64,000 nucleotides of DNA from Saccharolobus solfataricus P2 (GCF_000007005.1 NC_002754.1); one strand, 5' to 3'. Shown: positions 31,210 to 43,359, counted from the stretch's first letter. The notes: generated by a model not told the origin, from the letters alone. Translations and numbers: made by a program.

Positions 31210-31631
31210 TTCATTAAGCGATAAAAAATTGTGTAAGTTTATAAAGGGCTTAGTCTATTAAATGCCGTAGTAAGTCTATTACTGCCTTACGAAATTTGGG
31301 GCTTAAGTACATTGCAATCCCTAAAGAGGCTAAAAAATTGCTAAGGCAATTTCTGGAGCGTATTGAACATACCAAGGTGTTGTATTCGGGAAAATAATTT
31401 TCCCATCTGGTACACTTATGTTTTCTTCACCCGGTGTACAATATATACAAGATGTCATATAAATGAGGTAAAAAAAGGATTAACTTATAAGTCTTTTCGT
31501 TATACTAGGAGTCCTAACGGTGTCTCTGTATAACTTAGTTGCAAGTTTCCATAAACTTGTGCACTACTACTTTATGTGTAAGCATTTGCTGAGTAACTGT
31601 TTCCGTTATAAGAAGAACTGACGTGGAAGAA

Positions 31632-31838
31632 CTATATGTCCTTTCTTAATATTATTCGCTTTAGTTTACTAATGATTCTTAATTCATGAAAAATGGTAAA
31701 TAATAACGATATGGAGGCTAGGGAAATAAGTATTAAAGATATTAAAAGAGGAAAGTAGTCTACGTTTCGAGGAGTAAAATGAACTGGGCCAAATGCGGGA
31801 ACTAAAGATTGATTTGTAACAGATGTAGATGTAGCCAT
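31632..31838 (-). CDS. Small single-TM hypothetical protein
   Basis: 68-aa ORF with one hydrophobic helix. Confidence 0.35.
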   Translation of the reverse strand: MATSTSVTNQSLVPAFGPVHFTPRNVDYFPLLISLILISLASISLLFTIFHELRIISKLKRIILRKDI

Positions 31839-31899
31839 TAAAAAAGGATGTACTTTTGATTTAAAAATCTTATCACAATTTTAGATAGGTACGTATTGA

Positions 31900-32435
31900 G
31901 TATTGTAGTTTAGTCCATTTATTGTATTATAACTCTGTCCCTCAGATAACTGTTTATAGTTTAGTCCATAATGCTGATATGTATAACTTCATCCAATGCT
32001 GAAGTACCATACATATGGGTTCGTCCAAACACCAAGAAACTCATTATGGAACAATGTTAAACCGCTTTCAACAACATATGATGGTATAGTTGCCGTATCG
32101 CCTACGCCGGTTGCTGATGAATACCCAACAACTGCATTAATATACGTAACCCATTGACCGTTAATGAACATGCCATACCAACCAGTTGACCATAATGATA
32201 TTATATTAAATAATTTGAATAGATCAGTGTAAGTTCCTTCAAGAGCAAAAGAGGGATTAACTGATCCGCCAAAATCGCTATTGGCGAAAATTACTGGAGT
32301 ACCACTATATAAGAACTGACGTGGAACGGGAATCGTATATGTGTTACCATTAAAGGTAAGGAATCCTTCTGCACAATATGAATTATTAACCAATAAAACT
32401 TGATTACCGCTAATTTTAACTTGCATGCTAATCAT
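31900..32435 (-). pseudogene. Secreted-protein-like gene fragment, inverted paralog of 29422-29709
   Basis: AVVGYSSATGVGDTATIPSY..GLTLFHN..NPYVWYFSIG; 46-bp perfect inverted identity 29627-29672 / 31918-31963. Confidence 0.6.
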
Positions 32436-32557
32436 AGCACATATAATTTTCAGAGATTACATAAAAAGTTCTTGTCTCTTTAAGAAGCATAAGGTTATTT
32501 GTAGCTGCAGCTTATAGAATCGTGTAATTTATAATCATCATGAAATATTATATCTAA

Positions 32558-33364
32558 TTATAACTCATAAACTAAGGAGGCTAATAATTTTTCACTATTA
32601 GCAAGTAATATCTCTAAATTATAAATATTTCCCGGAACAAACGTTACTCCAGATAGAGCAAATTTTATATATATTCTATTTTCTCCCGCCATAACTGTTT
32701 TGGGATTGATTTGTAATGCTTGAAAATTGTAGCCCATAATTTGGGCTGAGATTATTTCAGAGGACTCTTTAGAATAAACGACTACGTTTGCATCTCCGTT
32801 GCTTTTTAAAATTCCGTAACCTATACTCTTGTCGCTAGGAACTATTAGTAGCTTTTCTTCCCTAGGGGCTTGAAGCATTTTTCTCATAACTTCATCAGAA
32901 GCAAAGTAGGAAATTATGTAACCTATGAAAGAGGTTATAGATATCATTACCAGAATTCCTGCAATTTTCTCTGTATTTACTTGAAATCTCTGTCCTATCT
33001 TATATATAGTATACCCTATCATTACGTCACCTATAAATACTAGGGAACCTCCTATATAAATTAAAATCGGTAAAATAGCACCGAATAGCAATGCTACTAT
33101 GCCGATAATAAATATGTTAACTCCAGTTGTGCCTATGTATGTATTTATCGTTTTCGATAACTGGAAAAATCCAGTTCTCATTCTTGAAAATCCTATTAGC
33201 AATATGCCATATGCGACTAACTCAAATATTAAGACGAAAAAGCTATTAGCCAGTGAGTTTTCTCTCAATATAACTACTTCTGTTACCAAAGCTATAATTA
33301 TTGCTAAAAAGTAATATAGTGAACCTGTTTTGATGTTTTTTAAAGCTTGAATACTTGATTCCAT
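32558..33364 (-). CDS. DUF973-like membrane protein
   Basis: Paralog of 4039-4932 (IKTGSLY, RMRTGF, IYKIGQRF, GYGILKSNG). Confidence 0.7.
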   Translation of the reverse strand: MESSIQALKNIKTGSLYYFLAIIIALVTEVVILRENSLANSFFVLIFELVAYGILLIGFSRMRTGFFQLSKTINTYIGTTGVNIFIIGIVALLFGAILPILIYIGGSLVFIGDVMIGYTIYKIGQRFQVNTEKIAGILVMISITSFIGYIISYFASDEVMRKMLQAPREEKLLIVPSDKSIGYGILKSNGDANVVVYSKESSEIISAQIMGYNFQALQINPKTVMAGENRIYIKFALSGVTFVPGNIYNLEILLANSEKLLASLVYEL

Positions 33365-33747
33365 AGTTACAGTTTAATTTTAGGGTAAAAATAAGTGACT
33401 CATGAGGAAGTTGGTAGTATAGTCAATGAGATATAATATGTTTCTTGGACTAGGAAAAATACTTTAATCATTTTATGATTTAAGAATCGAAATATCCTAC
33501 TAAATACTTTAATTTTCTCAGATGCTATGCTATTAAGTTTCTTAAATTCCAAACCGAATAACTAAGAATAAGTTTAACGTAGCTAAAAGATAAAATTTGA
33601 TAGATATCTCATATTCTAACCATTAAGCTGTAAATTGTTTTCCTAATCTTCCAAACGTATATAAGAGTATCAATTTTAATAGCTTCACTTTATGAAGTCT
33701 AGTCAGCTTAATTAATTTGTAGCTCAGTGACTATACCATAATCTCGT

Positions 33748-33971
33748 GAGAGTGTCCGGAATGTAAAAAACTGAATTTTAATTTTTGAGAATAAATTGAT
33801 TCTTAGCGTTATCTTGGATTAAATTGTAGTAATACTTAAGTTATGGGAGGAGAGAGTAGTACCATGACACGTACACTAAGACGCATCCCAAACTTAGTGT
33901 ACTATTCTCTCCCCCCAAGAGAGGATATGCCGTGGAGGGAAAAATGATTAACGGATATCAAACCCGTGCTA
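33748..33971 (+). mobile_element. ISC1234-like element, left-end fragment
   Basis: IR gagagtgtccggaatgtaa and 5' region similar to 38647 onward; cut by the next IS. Confidence 0.85.
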
Positions 33972-35261
33972 GAGAGAGTGTCCCAAGCGCAAATAATTGA
34001 ATAAATATAGTATGATAGAAAAATAATTTTATAATTAATTAAGAATAAAATATAATTATATCTTTCAGTATAACGAGAGATTAAGCTTATATTGTAATGG
34101 AAAATAATCAAGTATAGAGAAAAACAGAATTTCCAACATAGTCCACACTACCTTGATCAACTCTCGCGGTACAAGTTAGTGGGCGAGTTGACTCTCCGGA
34201 ACACGCGATAACACAGAAGTGTAGATGTAGGAGTTGTAAATCAACGCGATAACGTAGACAAAGAACTCGACCATACCCTTTTCAGTAGCGTAAGGCCTCC
34301 AATACCTCCTCAAGAAGATCCCAAAGAACTCCACATACCTCCTGAAACTAGAGAAACCTATCAACCAGGTCGAGGACTTCCCCACGAAGCCCCTATCCAC
34401 TACCTTATAACCGCTGCGAGAGAAGCCAACCTTATTGTCCGGAAAATTGGCCAGTTCCACTTGAATCTCGTGAACTATCATTGTTGGCGACATGAGGTTG
34501 AAGACCTTGAAGCCGAAGTAACTCCTGTTCCTCTTCTTTGTAAACTCTCCCTTGAACCTCCTCCTCGCTTTGCACTTAATGTAAAAGAAGAGCGTGTTAG
34601 CCGCCTCCCTGTACTTCCTCTGCCTTAGGTCTAGCTCAAACTTCTTCTTCAATGTTTCCTTGTTCCTCTTCCCGAAGGGTACCTCGATTAGGAAGGAATC
34701 CACGATCCACAGCTTTCCAACCTTTCCGTATAACGCACTGCTAGGTAAGTAGTCGGCAAGTCTACTCATCTTCCCCTCCAACTCCTTGGCGTACTCCTTG
34801 AACAGAGTCTTTACCTCTCCCCTAAATTTCTTTGCCCTCCTATGGATCTCCGACTTAGACTTGTACTCGCCTAGGAACCACCTTACCACCACGTCTGACT
34901 CGTAGTAGCTCCGCACGTCCCTGTAGGAGCACGTCCACACAATCATTACTATTAACGCTCTCAATATGAAGAGGTCAGAGAGACGCGACAGCACTTCAGA
35001 CGTGATCAGCATGTAGTTCATTTTCACAAGTGTTTTATGCCTTGCTGATAAATGTTCATAGGGAACCGGGCCGTTGTAGTATTCTATCCAATGCTTCATG
35101 TGAATCGGTACTACATCGTCCCGGTTCCCTTTAAGTATTACGCGACTTTTTGCTTCAAGCGAAAATTCAAAATTTCTCAGTAATTCACGATATCTTTTGA
35201 ATTATTATCTATAAACCTTTACATAGATTTATTCAATTATTTGCACTTGGGACACTCTCTC
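33972..35261 (-). mobile_element. ISC1290-like IS5-group element, 1290 bp
   Basis: 35-bp IRs with one mismatch (33972-34006 / 35227-35261); no target-site duplication visible. Confidence 0.85.
34176..35099 (-). CDS. ISC1290-like transposase
   Basis: WIVDSF, VVDRGF, YVEFFG motifs shared with 38742-39701. Confidence 0.85.
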   Translation of the reverse strand: MKHWIEYYNGPVPYEHLSARHKTLVKMNYMLITSEVLSRLSDLFILRALIVMIVWTCSYRDVRSYYESDVVVRWFLGEYKSKSEIHRRAKKFRGEVKTLFKEYAKELEGKMSRLADYLPSSALYGKVGKLWIVDSFLIEVPFGKRNKETLKKKFELDLRQRKYREAANTLFFYIKCKARRRFKGEFTKKRNRSYFGFKVFNLMSPTMIVHEIQVELANFPDNKVGFSRSGYKVVDRGFVGKSSTWLIGFSSFRRYVEFFGIFLRRYWRPYATEKGMVEFFVYVIALIYNSYIYTSVLSRVPESQLAH

Positions 35262-35286
35262 GAGTTTTTTACCAGGAGCAAATCCA

Positions 35287-35955
35287 TTGTTTAACATTAA
35301 AGATAATTACATGGAATTTACATATAAGGATAAACGTTTAAGATTTTATGGCTTCCTTCTAAATGGACATGTATATAATCAATTTATAAGTTTTGAGTAT
35401 GGAAAAATTGATTTTAAAAATAAAACTGTTATAGATATTGGGGCAAATATAGGAGACTCATCTATATACTTTGCTATAAACGGAGCTAAAGAAGTTTATG
35501 CTATAGAACCTATGCCCAAATTGTTTAACTACTTAACTGAAAATATTAGATTTAATAATATTACTAATATTATACCTTTAAATGTAGCAATAGGTAATGA
35601 AGAAGGATTAATAAAAATACCAAATATAGATGTAGGTTTAGATGCTTATACCAAGAATTTCCAAAATTCAGAAAACGGTAATATTATTCCTGTAAAAACC
35701 TTAAGAAGTATAATTAGTGAATATGTTATATCAGAAAACATTGTTCTTAAGATAGATTGCGAAGGTTGTGAATATGATGCTATCTATAGCTTAGATAATA
35801 CTACCTTAGATAAAATAAGTCAAATAGCACTAGAATATCATTATGGACCTTATAAATTATCTGAGTTCCTAATAGAAAAAGGATTTAAGGTTGAATACAC
35901 AAAGCCTAAAAGATATAATGAACACGAAATTGGAATTTTATATGCGTTTAAATAA
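35287..35955 (+). CDS. FkbM-family methyltransferase (probably 5'-truncated by the IS)
   Basis: VIDIGANIGDSSIYF, LKIDCEGCEY; 222 aa versus 372 aa for the paralog at 47380. Confidence 0.85.
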   Translation: MFNIKDNYMEFTYKDKRLRFYGFLLNGHVYNQFISFEYGKIDFKNKTVIDIGANIGDSSIYFAINGAKEVYAIEPMPKLFNYLTENIRFNNITNIIPLNVAIGNEEGLIKIPNIDVGLDAYTKNFQNSENGNIIPVKTLRSIISEYVISENIVLKIDCEGCEYDAIYSLDNTTLDKISQIALEYHYGPYKLSEFLIEKGFKVEYTKPKRYNEHEIGILYAFK

Positions 35956-35979
35956 TAGGATTTTAATAGAGTAATATTT

Positions 35980-37005
35980 TTATAAAAATAATTTTAATAT
36001 ATTATCTATTATTTTTTGTTTATTAAAAATATCATATGCTTTTCTTCTTATTTCTTCTCTAATTAGATAATATTTTTCCTTGTTAAGTTTATATTGGTTA
36101 TAAAAATCTAAAATAGCTCTAGCAAAGTCTTCAGTATTAAAGGGTCTAACTAATTTACCCAATATTATATTATCCCTTATCTCAGGCAAATCAAAAGCCA
36201 CAATTGGTAAACCGTGAGATTGAGCTTCAAGTAATACATATCCAAAGGTCTCGTATCTGGAAGTAAGAATAAATAATGAAGCTCTCGCATACTCTTGGCT
36301 CAAAACTTCGTCATTAACTTCTCCTAAGTACTTTACGTTAGTTTGCTTTTTAGCTAACTCTTCTATGACGTTTTTACCTTCTCCATTACCTATTATATGG
36401 AATTCTATGTTAGTTTTTAACTTCAATATTATATCAACTAATAAATCTATTCCTTTGTGATTTATATCTAACCTACCTACAAATAATACGATAAACTTAT
36501 TACATCGTATAATCTCAGAAGAGTTAGAATATATAAAGTTAGGAATCAAGAAAATTCGCTTACATCCAATCTTCTCCATTAAGTTTTTGTCATATACATT
36601 TAGCACATGAACCGTTTCATGTTTTGCTACGTTCCTAAATATTTTCCCTTTAATACCATTATCTCTCTGAATAAAACCGTGTAGCCCGAATATAATTTTC
36701 CTTCCAAACAATTTTAAGATAAAATATATTAATAAAAAGAATGGTAGTGATGGAATATCTACAAAATATACAGAATTACATTTAAGTAATTTAGCTATAT
36801 TTCTTAGATTTGAAAATGTGGGTAATATAATATAAATACTTCCAATTTTTGCAATTTTAATTAAATACTGATTTTTCTGAAGTGAATTACTTTTTCCGAA
36901 ATAAAATAAGGATAAATCTGGAATAGCTTTTTGAACTTCTAAAGCCCATCTAACAGTACCAGTTTTAGATTCAATTATATCTCCCTTTAACAATAAACAA
37001 GGCAT
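35980..37005 (-). CDS. GT4 glycosyltransferase
   Basis: VGRL..HKG, TSRYETFGYVLLEAQSHGLPIV. Confidence 0.9.
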   Translation of the reverse strand: MPCLLLKGDIIESKTGTVRWALEVQKAIPDLSLFYFGKSNSLQKNQYLIKIAKIGSIYIILPTFSNLRNIAKLLKCNSVYFVDIPSLPFFLLIYFILKLFGRKIIFGLHGFIQRDNGIKGKIFRNVAKHETVHVLNVYDKNLMEKIGCKRIFLIPNFIYSNSSEIIRCNKFIVLFVGRLDINHKGIDLLVDIILKLKTNIEFHIIGNGEGKNVIEELAKKQTNVKYLGEVNDEVLSQEYARASLFILTSRYETFGYVLLEAQSHGLPIVAFDLPEIRDNIILGKLVRPFNTEDFARAILDFYNQYKLNKEKYYLIREEIRRKAYDIFNKQKIIDNILKLFL

Positions 37006-38646
37006 CAGTTTAGCTATAGTGAACTCTATTTAAAAACTTATAACGAAATATGCATTACTATTCGTTAGACAAATTAAGGAAAGACACTAATTGGCCTATG
37101 AAAAAACTTATATTTAATTACAAGACGATAAAATAAAATGATTAGGTTTATAGGTAATAATAGGCGTAACCTTATTACTGCTTTGATACTTTACCTACTT
37201 ACGTTAGTTCCTATTTATGTATTTCTATTTAGCAATGGATATTTGAACTTCTATGGCCCCAATTTGCCACTCTTCTCTGGAAAAGAAGTCGAACACTTAC
37301 TAGCCGCATCAATATATAACCCTGAATATGGATTTTCTGTAAATGACGGTATTTATTTTTTATATTTACTTATTTTTACATCATTAGGTATTTACAATAT
37401 TATTATATTATACAAGATTTTTCTTATTATCACCTTTTCTATAACATTTTTGTTATTATATACAATGATAAATAAAGCAATAAATATTTTTAAAATTAGT
37501 AGATATAAAAGCTTATCACTAATAATTGGAGTATTATTCTTTTTACTTAATCCTTTATATTTAGAGTACGTTGCGTTTAATTTTTATAACCTTATATGGG
37601 GAGTTATAATATTTTCTTACATCTTAATAAAACTAATTGATATTGTAGTAAATGATAAAAACGTGACTAAACTTGACATATTAAAATCTGGTATAGCCCT
37701 AGGTTTTTCGGGATTAATGGATCCAAGACTTTATATTTGGGGCTCATATATTCTAATATTGACATTTATAATTGTCATTATAATTAAGCCCAGATTAATA
37801 TTAAAGTTAATAAAATATCTTTCATTAACTTACATATCGTCATTACCTATAATCGCTTACATATATTATTTATTCGTTTATCCTTCATTAATAACACAAG
37901 CAAGCACAATAAACGCTATAACAGTACCAGCTTATAGGCCAGATACTTATTCTTATATCGCAACGTGGTCTGAGAATTCTTTACTCTTTAACGTCTTTGC
38001 TTTCATAAATTCTGAGTGGACTTCTATAGTATATGCTCCACCTTCAATTCTCTTTTATCCTAGAACACAATGGTGGTTCTTTCCGCATTTCGGTAATAAT
38101 TCCTTAATATTGCTGCCGCCTGGCATAATAACTTATATTTGGTTGGCATCTCTCTACATTTTCTTCATAGTAGCAGCACTAGCATTATTTGATAGAAAAA
38201 GAACACTTGCCTCTTCTTTGTTATTCATTCCAATGTTACTCATTATTTCATTATCTGCAGGAACAAACGTTCCTATTAAGGAATTTGTATATTTGCTAGA
38301 GATAGATCCTTCAAAACTACCTATTGTTGGAGGAATATTTGCCACAACTTTTGCAATTCCTTATTATGCTGAGGTCATGGCTCTGCCTTTTGCAAGTTAT
38401 CTTTCCATACTTGGTACCAATTATTTATTAAATAGAATTAATAAGGAGATTCTAAAGAAAATTGCGGTTAGTATAATAATTGTGCTAGCAGTGTTTGCCA
38501 GCTGGCAATACTTTAACGGTACTCTATACCCGTCAGAAGTCACCGGATCTTTCCCTGGTAATAGTATATCCTTAGAAGGATATTATTATCCTTTAAATCC
38601 TCCACCTCAATGGGTTCACGTAATGAATCTCTTATCAACCTCACGT

Positions 38647-39874
38647 GAGAGTGTCCGGAATGTAAAAAATTGAATTTTTATTGGCAAGAATAAATTGGTT
38701 TTTAGCATTATCTTGGATTAAATTGGAGTAACACTTAAGTTATGGGAGTAGAGGGTAGTACCATGGCAAGAACATTAAGACACATACCAAACTTGATGTA
38801 CTACCCTCTTCCCCCAATAGAGGATATGCCGTGGAGGGAAAAATGGTTAACGGAGATCAAGCCCGTGCTGGACGCCATGGATTTGGAGAGGGTTCTGGGC
38901 GAGGGCGCGCTGGTTTACTTGAAGTTGTTAATCGTCATGGTGCTCTACTCTTGCTCCTATAGGGACGCGGTGAAAATGGTTAACGTGAACGTGGTCGTGG
39001 CCTGGTTCGTGGGGAGGAAGGTGGGGAAGAGCACGCTGCACGACTTCGTGGGCAGGTTGTACGGGGTGAGGAAGAAGTTGTTGGAGATTTCCTTCAAGCT
39101 TGAGGAGAAGTGCCTACCCAGTTACCTCCCTGCGAGCGCGCATCTCGTGGACTTCATGGCGTGGCTAGTGGACTCCTTCCTACTGGACTTACCTCCTGGG
39201 AAGAGGAGCGTGGAGACCTTTCGGGAGAAGGCGGAGCTGGAGAGGAGGGAAGGTAACCTGGAGAGGGCCAGGAAGCTGCTCTCCCTGGGGAGAACCAAGA
39301 GGAGGTTCGAGGGAAGGTGGACCAAGAAGAGAGGGGTCTCGCACTACGGGCTCAAGGCCATAGCCGTGATCTCCGTCTCCCTCTTCGTGAGGTCCATCAC
39401 GGTGAAGCCGGCCAACTTCTCGGACAAGAGGTTCAAGTCACCGCTCAAGGGGATTAAGATCGCGGACAGGGGATTCTCTCCCTCCCCGACACAGCTCATA
39501 GCGCGGGAGAAGCCCTTCACTACCCTGAGGGCCCACGTGGAGTTCTTCGGCACCTACCTGAACGCGTTCTGGAGGCCCTACGGGACCACGACCTGGAGGA
39601 ACGACGTCTTCCTTCACGTCCTGGGAGTGATCTACAACATCAAGATGTTCCTCGCGATCCAACGGAGGACTCCTCCAGGACGTAGAGCCGTTCAGCTCTG
39701 AGACGCGCCTCCTCGCGATCAAGCAACGCTATGCGCGATAGGTAAATCCTCTCGTCTTGATATTTTTCCATTATAAAGTTTTTCTCGGTGATCCAGGTCC
39801 TACCCTTCTGGCAATATTAATATTTATCATTCTGTTTATCTATTCGTTCAGATAATTACATTCCGGACACTCTC
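38647..39874 (+). mobile_element. ISC1234-like IS5-group element, 1228 bp
   Basis: 19-bp perfect IR gagagtgtccggaatgtaa; flanking 4-bp ACGT duplication; GC-rich interior. Confidence 0.92.
38742..39701 (+). CDS. ISC1234-like transposase
   Basis: WLVDSF, IADRGF, HVEFFG. Confidence 0.9.
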   Translation: MGVEGSTMARTLRHIPNLMYYPLPPIEDMPWREKWLTEIKPVLDAMDLERVLGEGALVYLKLLIVMVLYSCSYRDAVKMVNVNVVVAWFVGRKVGKSTLHDFVGRLYGVRKKLLEISFKLEEKCLPSYLPASAHLVDFMAWLVDSFLLDLPPGKRSVETFREKAELERREGNLERARKLLSLGRTKRRFEGRWTKKRGVSHYGLKAIAVISVSLFVRSITVKPANFSDKRFKSPLKGIKIADRGFSPSPTQLIAREKPFTTLRAHVEFFGTYLNAFWRPYGTTTWRNDVFLHVLGVIYNIKMFLAIQRRTPPGRRAVQL

Positions 39875-40643
39875 ACGTCTTACATCCCATTAAGCAATTC
39901 TTTCATTTATTCCTATCTAAACCACTCTGGGCTTAAGGTAGTTTACGCAAATGCCGATGTTTACTTACTTGAACAGCCTAACGCTTCAGTGTTTAGGGAA
40001 GCTAAGATGGGCATTTATTTCAATTCATCTAATGAAACAATTTTATTTAAGGCCGAGTGCTTACTCTATCCTCTACTTAACTATACTCCAGCCATAATTA
40101 CACCAGTAAAAACTAGCAATACTGTGACAATGCTGCTTAATCCATCAATAGTTGATGAGAATAACATAGAAATATTTAATGAGAGTAAAAACGCGACCAT
40201 CCTTCAAGGGTCTTATATAATAGATCATAACGGAAGCATATCAACTTTTAGTCTATCTGGCGAAGAAAATATTAGCATAAAACCATGGACTATAATTATT
40301 CCAAACGATATTAACATTCGCGAGTTTGAATCCATACCCATCAATTTCTCCTTTAACCAATTTATGGCAGAATTTAGCGTTAATAATAACCCCGGATATT
40401 TAGTCGAAACTTCATTACCTTTACCTTACGGTGGAATAATAGTGAATAACGGAAAAGCTTTGGGCGTAAACGGCTTTGGGCAATACGTTTTTACGTCAGA
40501 CGGTAAACTAACGATTTCAATAAAATTAGGTTTTATAACTGATTTACTAATGACTGCTGTAGATATTTTCTTTTACGCATTATTTATATACTTTTTCGTT
40601 TACAAGAATATTTTTAAAGGTCTAGGTACTGAGGTTTTTAGGA

Positions 40644-41852
40644 ATGTTATCACTAGGATTAGCAGACTCAAGAGCTATAAGTAAAGCTAACAGTGGTTCG
40701 GAAAGGCATGTAAGGGAAGTTATTAAGAGGCTTTCCTTAAGATATAAACTTTACTACTTACCTACTACTCACGCTTTTTTAGACGCAATATCTGAAGATC
40801 AGTTAAAAGAGATAAAGAAATTCGCCAAAGTTCCCTCATTTTTTGAATATTTATTGGATAAAAAATTAGGCAAAGTTTCACTATTAAGAGAATTATTTAC
40901 CTTTTCCCCTTTAGCCAAGGAGCTCGTGAGAGAGTATGAAAGGGAAATAGGTATATTAGATTTCATTTATGTTCCTCATACTTATAGAATTCAATTAATG
41001 CCATCTATTCTATTTTCAAAATTAAGCCGAGGAAAGTACGGAATGTTATTAATGACCGATCCTCACAACTCTTTATTAGAAAAGGAGTCCTTTTTTAAAT
41101 GCGTAAATGTCTGGAGCAAAATATGGTTTTCAAGAAAGAGTGCAATCGAGTTCTGTAGTTTTCAAAGATTACAAAACATAGCATTTTTACTGAAGGCGAT
41201 AAAGACAAAGCCCAGTTTTATAAGCGTAATGAACAAATGTGCTTTAAATTATACTGGTCTGCCGAAATATTTTAATACAAAAGTTCTATCTCCTCCCCAC
41301 GCTTTTAACAACCTAGCCTTAAAGTACAGAAATTTTGATAAAGAGGACTACCTAGTATTTCTAGGAAGAATAAATACTGCCAAAGGAGCAAACGAAGCTC
41401 TGGAAGTAGGAAAACATGTAAAATTAAAAATGATAGGCTACAAAGAGCAGGAGTTTATAGTAAAGCAAGCAAGAAGCTTTGGAATAGAAGTAATTGAAAA
41501 CGTTTCTGAAGAAGAAAAATTCGAAATACTCTCAAAGGCAAGGGCTTTAGTTCTACCTTCACACCAAGAATCTTTTTCTGTAACCATACTTGAAGCACTG
41601 GCGGTAGGGACTCCAGTAATAACTTATGATTTACCTTCTTTAACCTCTACTTATAATTTTAAGCCAGTATTTTTTGTAAAGGAATTCGACGTTAAAGGTT
41701 TAGTAAACACTGCTTTAGAAGTATATAATATGAAAAAGATTGAAGAAATGTTTAATGATGAGAGGTTGGAGGAATTTATTAAAATGCACTCAAGTTGGGA
41801 TAACGTAAGTAATGCAGTTGATAAATTAATTACTGAAGCTATTCAAGAATGA
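40644..41852 (+). CDS. GT4 glycosyltransferase
   Basis: LGRINTAKG, PSHQESFSVTILEALAVGTPVI. Confidence 0.9.
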   Translation: MLSLGLADSRAISKANSGSERHVREVIKRLSLRYKLYYLPTTHAFLDAISEDQLKEIKKFAKVPSFFEYLLDKKLGKVSLLRELFTFSPLAKELVREYEREIGILDFIYVPHTYRIQLMPSILFSKLSRGKYGMLLMTDPHNSLLEKESFFKCVNVWSKIWFSRKSAIEFCSFQRLQNIAFLLKAIKTKPSFISVMNKCALNYTGLPKYFNTKVLSPPHAFNNLALKYRNFDKEDYLVFLGRINTAKGANEALEVGKHVKLKMIGYKEQEFIVKQARSFGIEVIENVSEEEKFEILSKARALVLPSHQESFSVTILEALAVGTPVITYDLPSLTSTYNFKPVFFVKEFDVKGLVNTALEVYNMKKIEEMFNDERLEEFIKMHSSWDNVSNAVDKLITEAIQE

Positions 41853-41985
41853 CGAAATTTGTAACTAAATATATACGGATTAAAAAACATCTCATTATTA
41901 ATTATAGGAAATAGATATATTTTATTACTATCTCTAGTAATGTCACCATAGAGCTATTAAAGGTTAAATACGCAAAAATTTTATA

Positions 41986-43011
41986 CTATTTACTTTCCAT
42001 TATTTTATAGATTGCTTTCTTCTCCATTTCAGCTGCTTTTTCCCAATTTAGGGTTTTAGCTAATTCCCTACTTTTCTCTCCTATAGACTTCCTTAGCTTC
42101 TCATCCTTTAATAGTTTAACAACTTCTTCAGCAAAAGAGCTGATATCAGGGTATGTTACTCTTATTGCAACTGGATATCTTTCACTCCATTTTAAATCCC
42201 AAGTAACTACTGGTAAATAAGCTGATAAAGCCTCAGTAACTGCTAAGGCAAAGCCTTCATACAAAGAGGGGAAAACAAAGACTTTAGACTTTGCGAGCAA
42301 ATCAATTTTCTCTCTTTCAGTAACGAAACCGTAATAAACGGAATTTTTAGGAATTTCGCTCCATCCTTTTCCTATAATACATAGTTTAGCGTCAATTTTC
42401 TCATTAACTTTATCCCATATTTGAAATAAATACCTTGATCCTTTCCTCTCGCCGTAGTTCCCTACAAAAATTCCGTCGCATATTTTCTCCTCTGACGTGT
42501 AATAATCCTCGACACTAACGCCATTAGTTGAAGTTAAAATAACCTTGTTAGGAAAGAGACTTTTAAGTTCTTCATATACTTCAGGATTATCTAGGCAAAT
42601 GATTCCCTTACTTCTTGCAATGACAGTACGCAAGAATTTGCTTCCTCTAATCTCTTCAGTAACATGATGAACTACCACAATAAAAGGCTTCCGCGAGAAA
42701 AGGGATAATAACCACGTATAATAAACGCTTAATGAATACTCACTATAACTTATTAAGACGTCTACTTTCCTAGCGTATTTAAGGCAATTTAAGAATCCTT
42801 TCAAGTAGGTTTTCTTATCAGTACTTGAGGAACTAACTAAGTGAAATTTTGAAAGCAAAGGAGATATTTCTGGATCTACTTGTGGCAAAGTTCTTTCGTC
42901 TACACATAAATAAACTTCCTCTCCCATTCTGCTGTAAACTTCTAACGTTCTCCTCATTCCACCAAGGAATTCCTTACCAAACCTCATCGGAGGTGATATT
43001 AAAATCCTCAT
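41986..43011 (-). CDS. GT4 glycosyltransferase
   Basis: [15 protein letters not shown]. Confidence 0.9.
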   Translation of the reverse strand: MRILISPPMRFGKEFLGGMRRTLEVYSRMGEEVYLCVDERTLPQVDPEISPLLSKFHLVSSSSTDKKTYLKGFLNCLKYARKVDVLISYSEYSLSVYYTWLLSLFSRKPFIVVVHHVTEEIRGSKFLRTVIARSKGIICLDNPEVYEELKSLFPNKVILTSTNGVSVEDYYTSEEKICDGIFVGNYGERKGSRYLFQIWDKVNEKIDAKLCIIGKGWSEIPKNSVYYGFVTEREKIDLLAKSKVFVFPSLYEGFALAVTEALSAYLPVVTWDLKWSERYPVAIRVTYPDISSFAEEVVKLLKDEKLRKSIGEKSRELAKTLNWEKAAEMEKKAIYKIMESK

Positions 43012-43359
43012 TGGTATTGTTTCTAAGTTACAATATAATAAGAATTCTGTCTTCTTTACGCATATCTTTGCTCATCAATAAGCGTACTTATCTACCGCGG
43101 ATGACATCTTCTAAAATGACGCATCAGTAATCTCATCTTGTAAATTTATTTTAGTCTTATGTACGTGAAGCTAACGAATTAATTCAGCGCCAACATAATA
43201 CAACTAATCTAGTTTAAGATCGGTATAAAATAAAATGCATATATAGCTCTTAAAATTGCTTACAAGTCTTTATGGTGTATAAAAGTCAGTTACTGCTAGA
43301 CACGTTATTTTACATCTATTTGTTGGTTTTCTTTCTATAGAGAATAGAACATTATTAAC

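Larger units (their letters stand above)
37138..40684 (+). pseudogene. Large polytopic membrane protein (GT-C/assembly-like) split by an IS
   Basis: 5' part 37138-38646 with many TM segments; 3' part open from 39875 to 40684 with a C-terminal TM. Confidence 0.7.
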
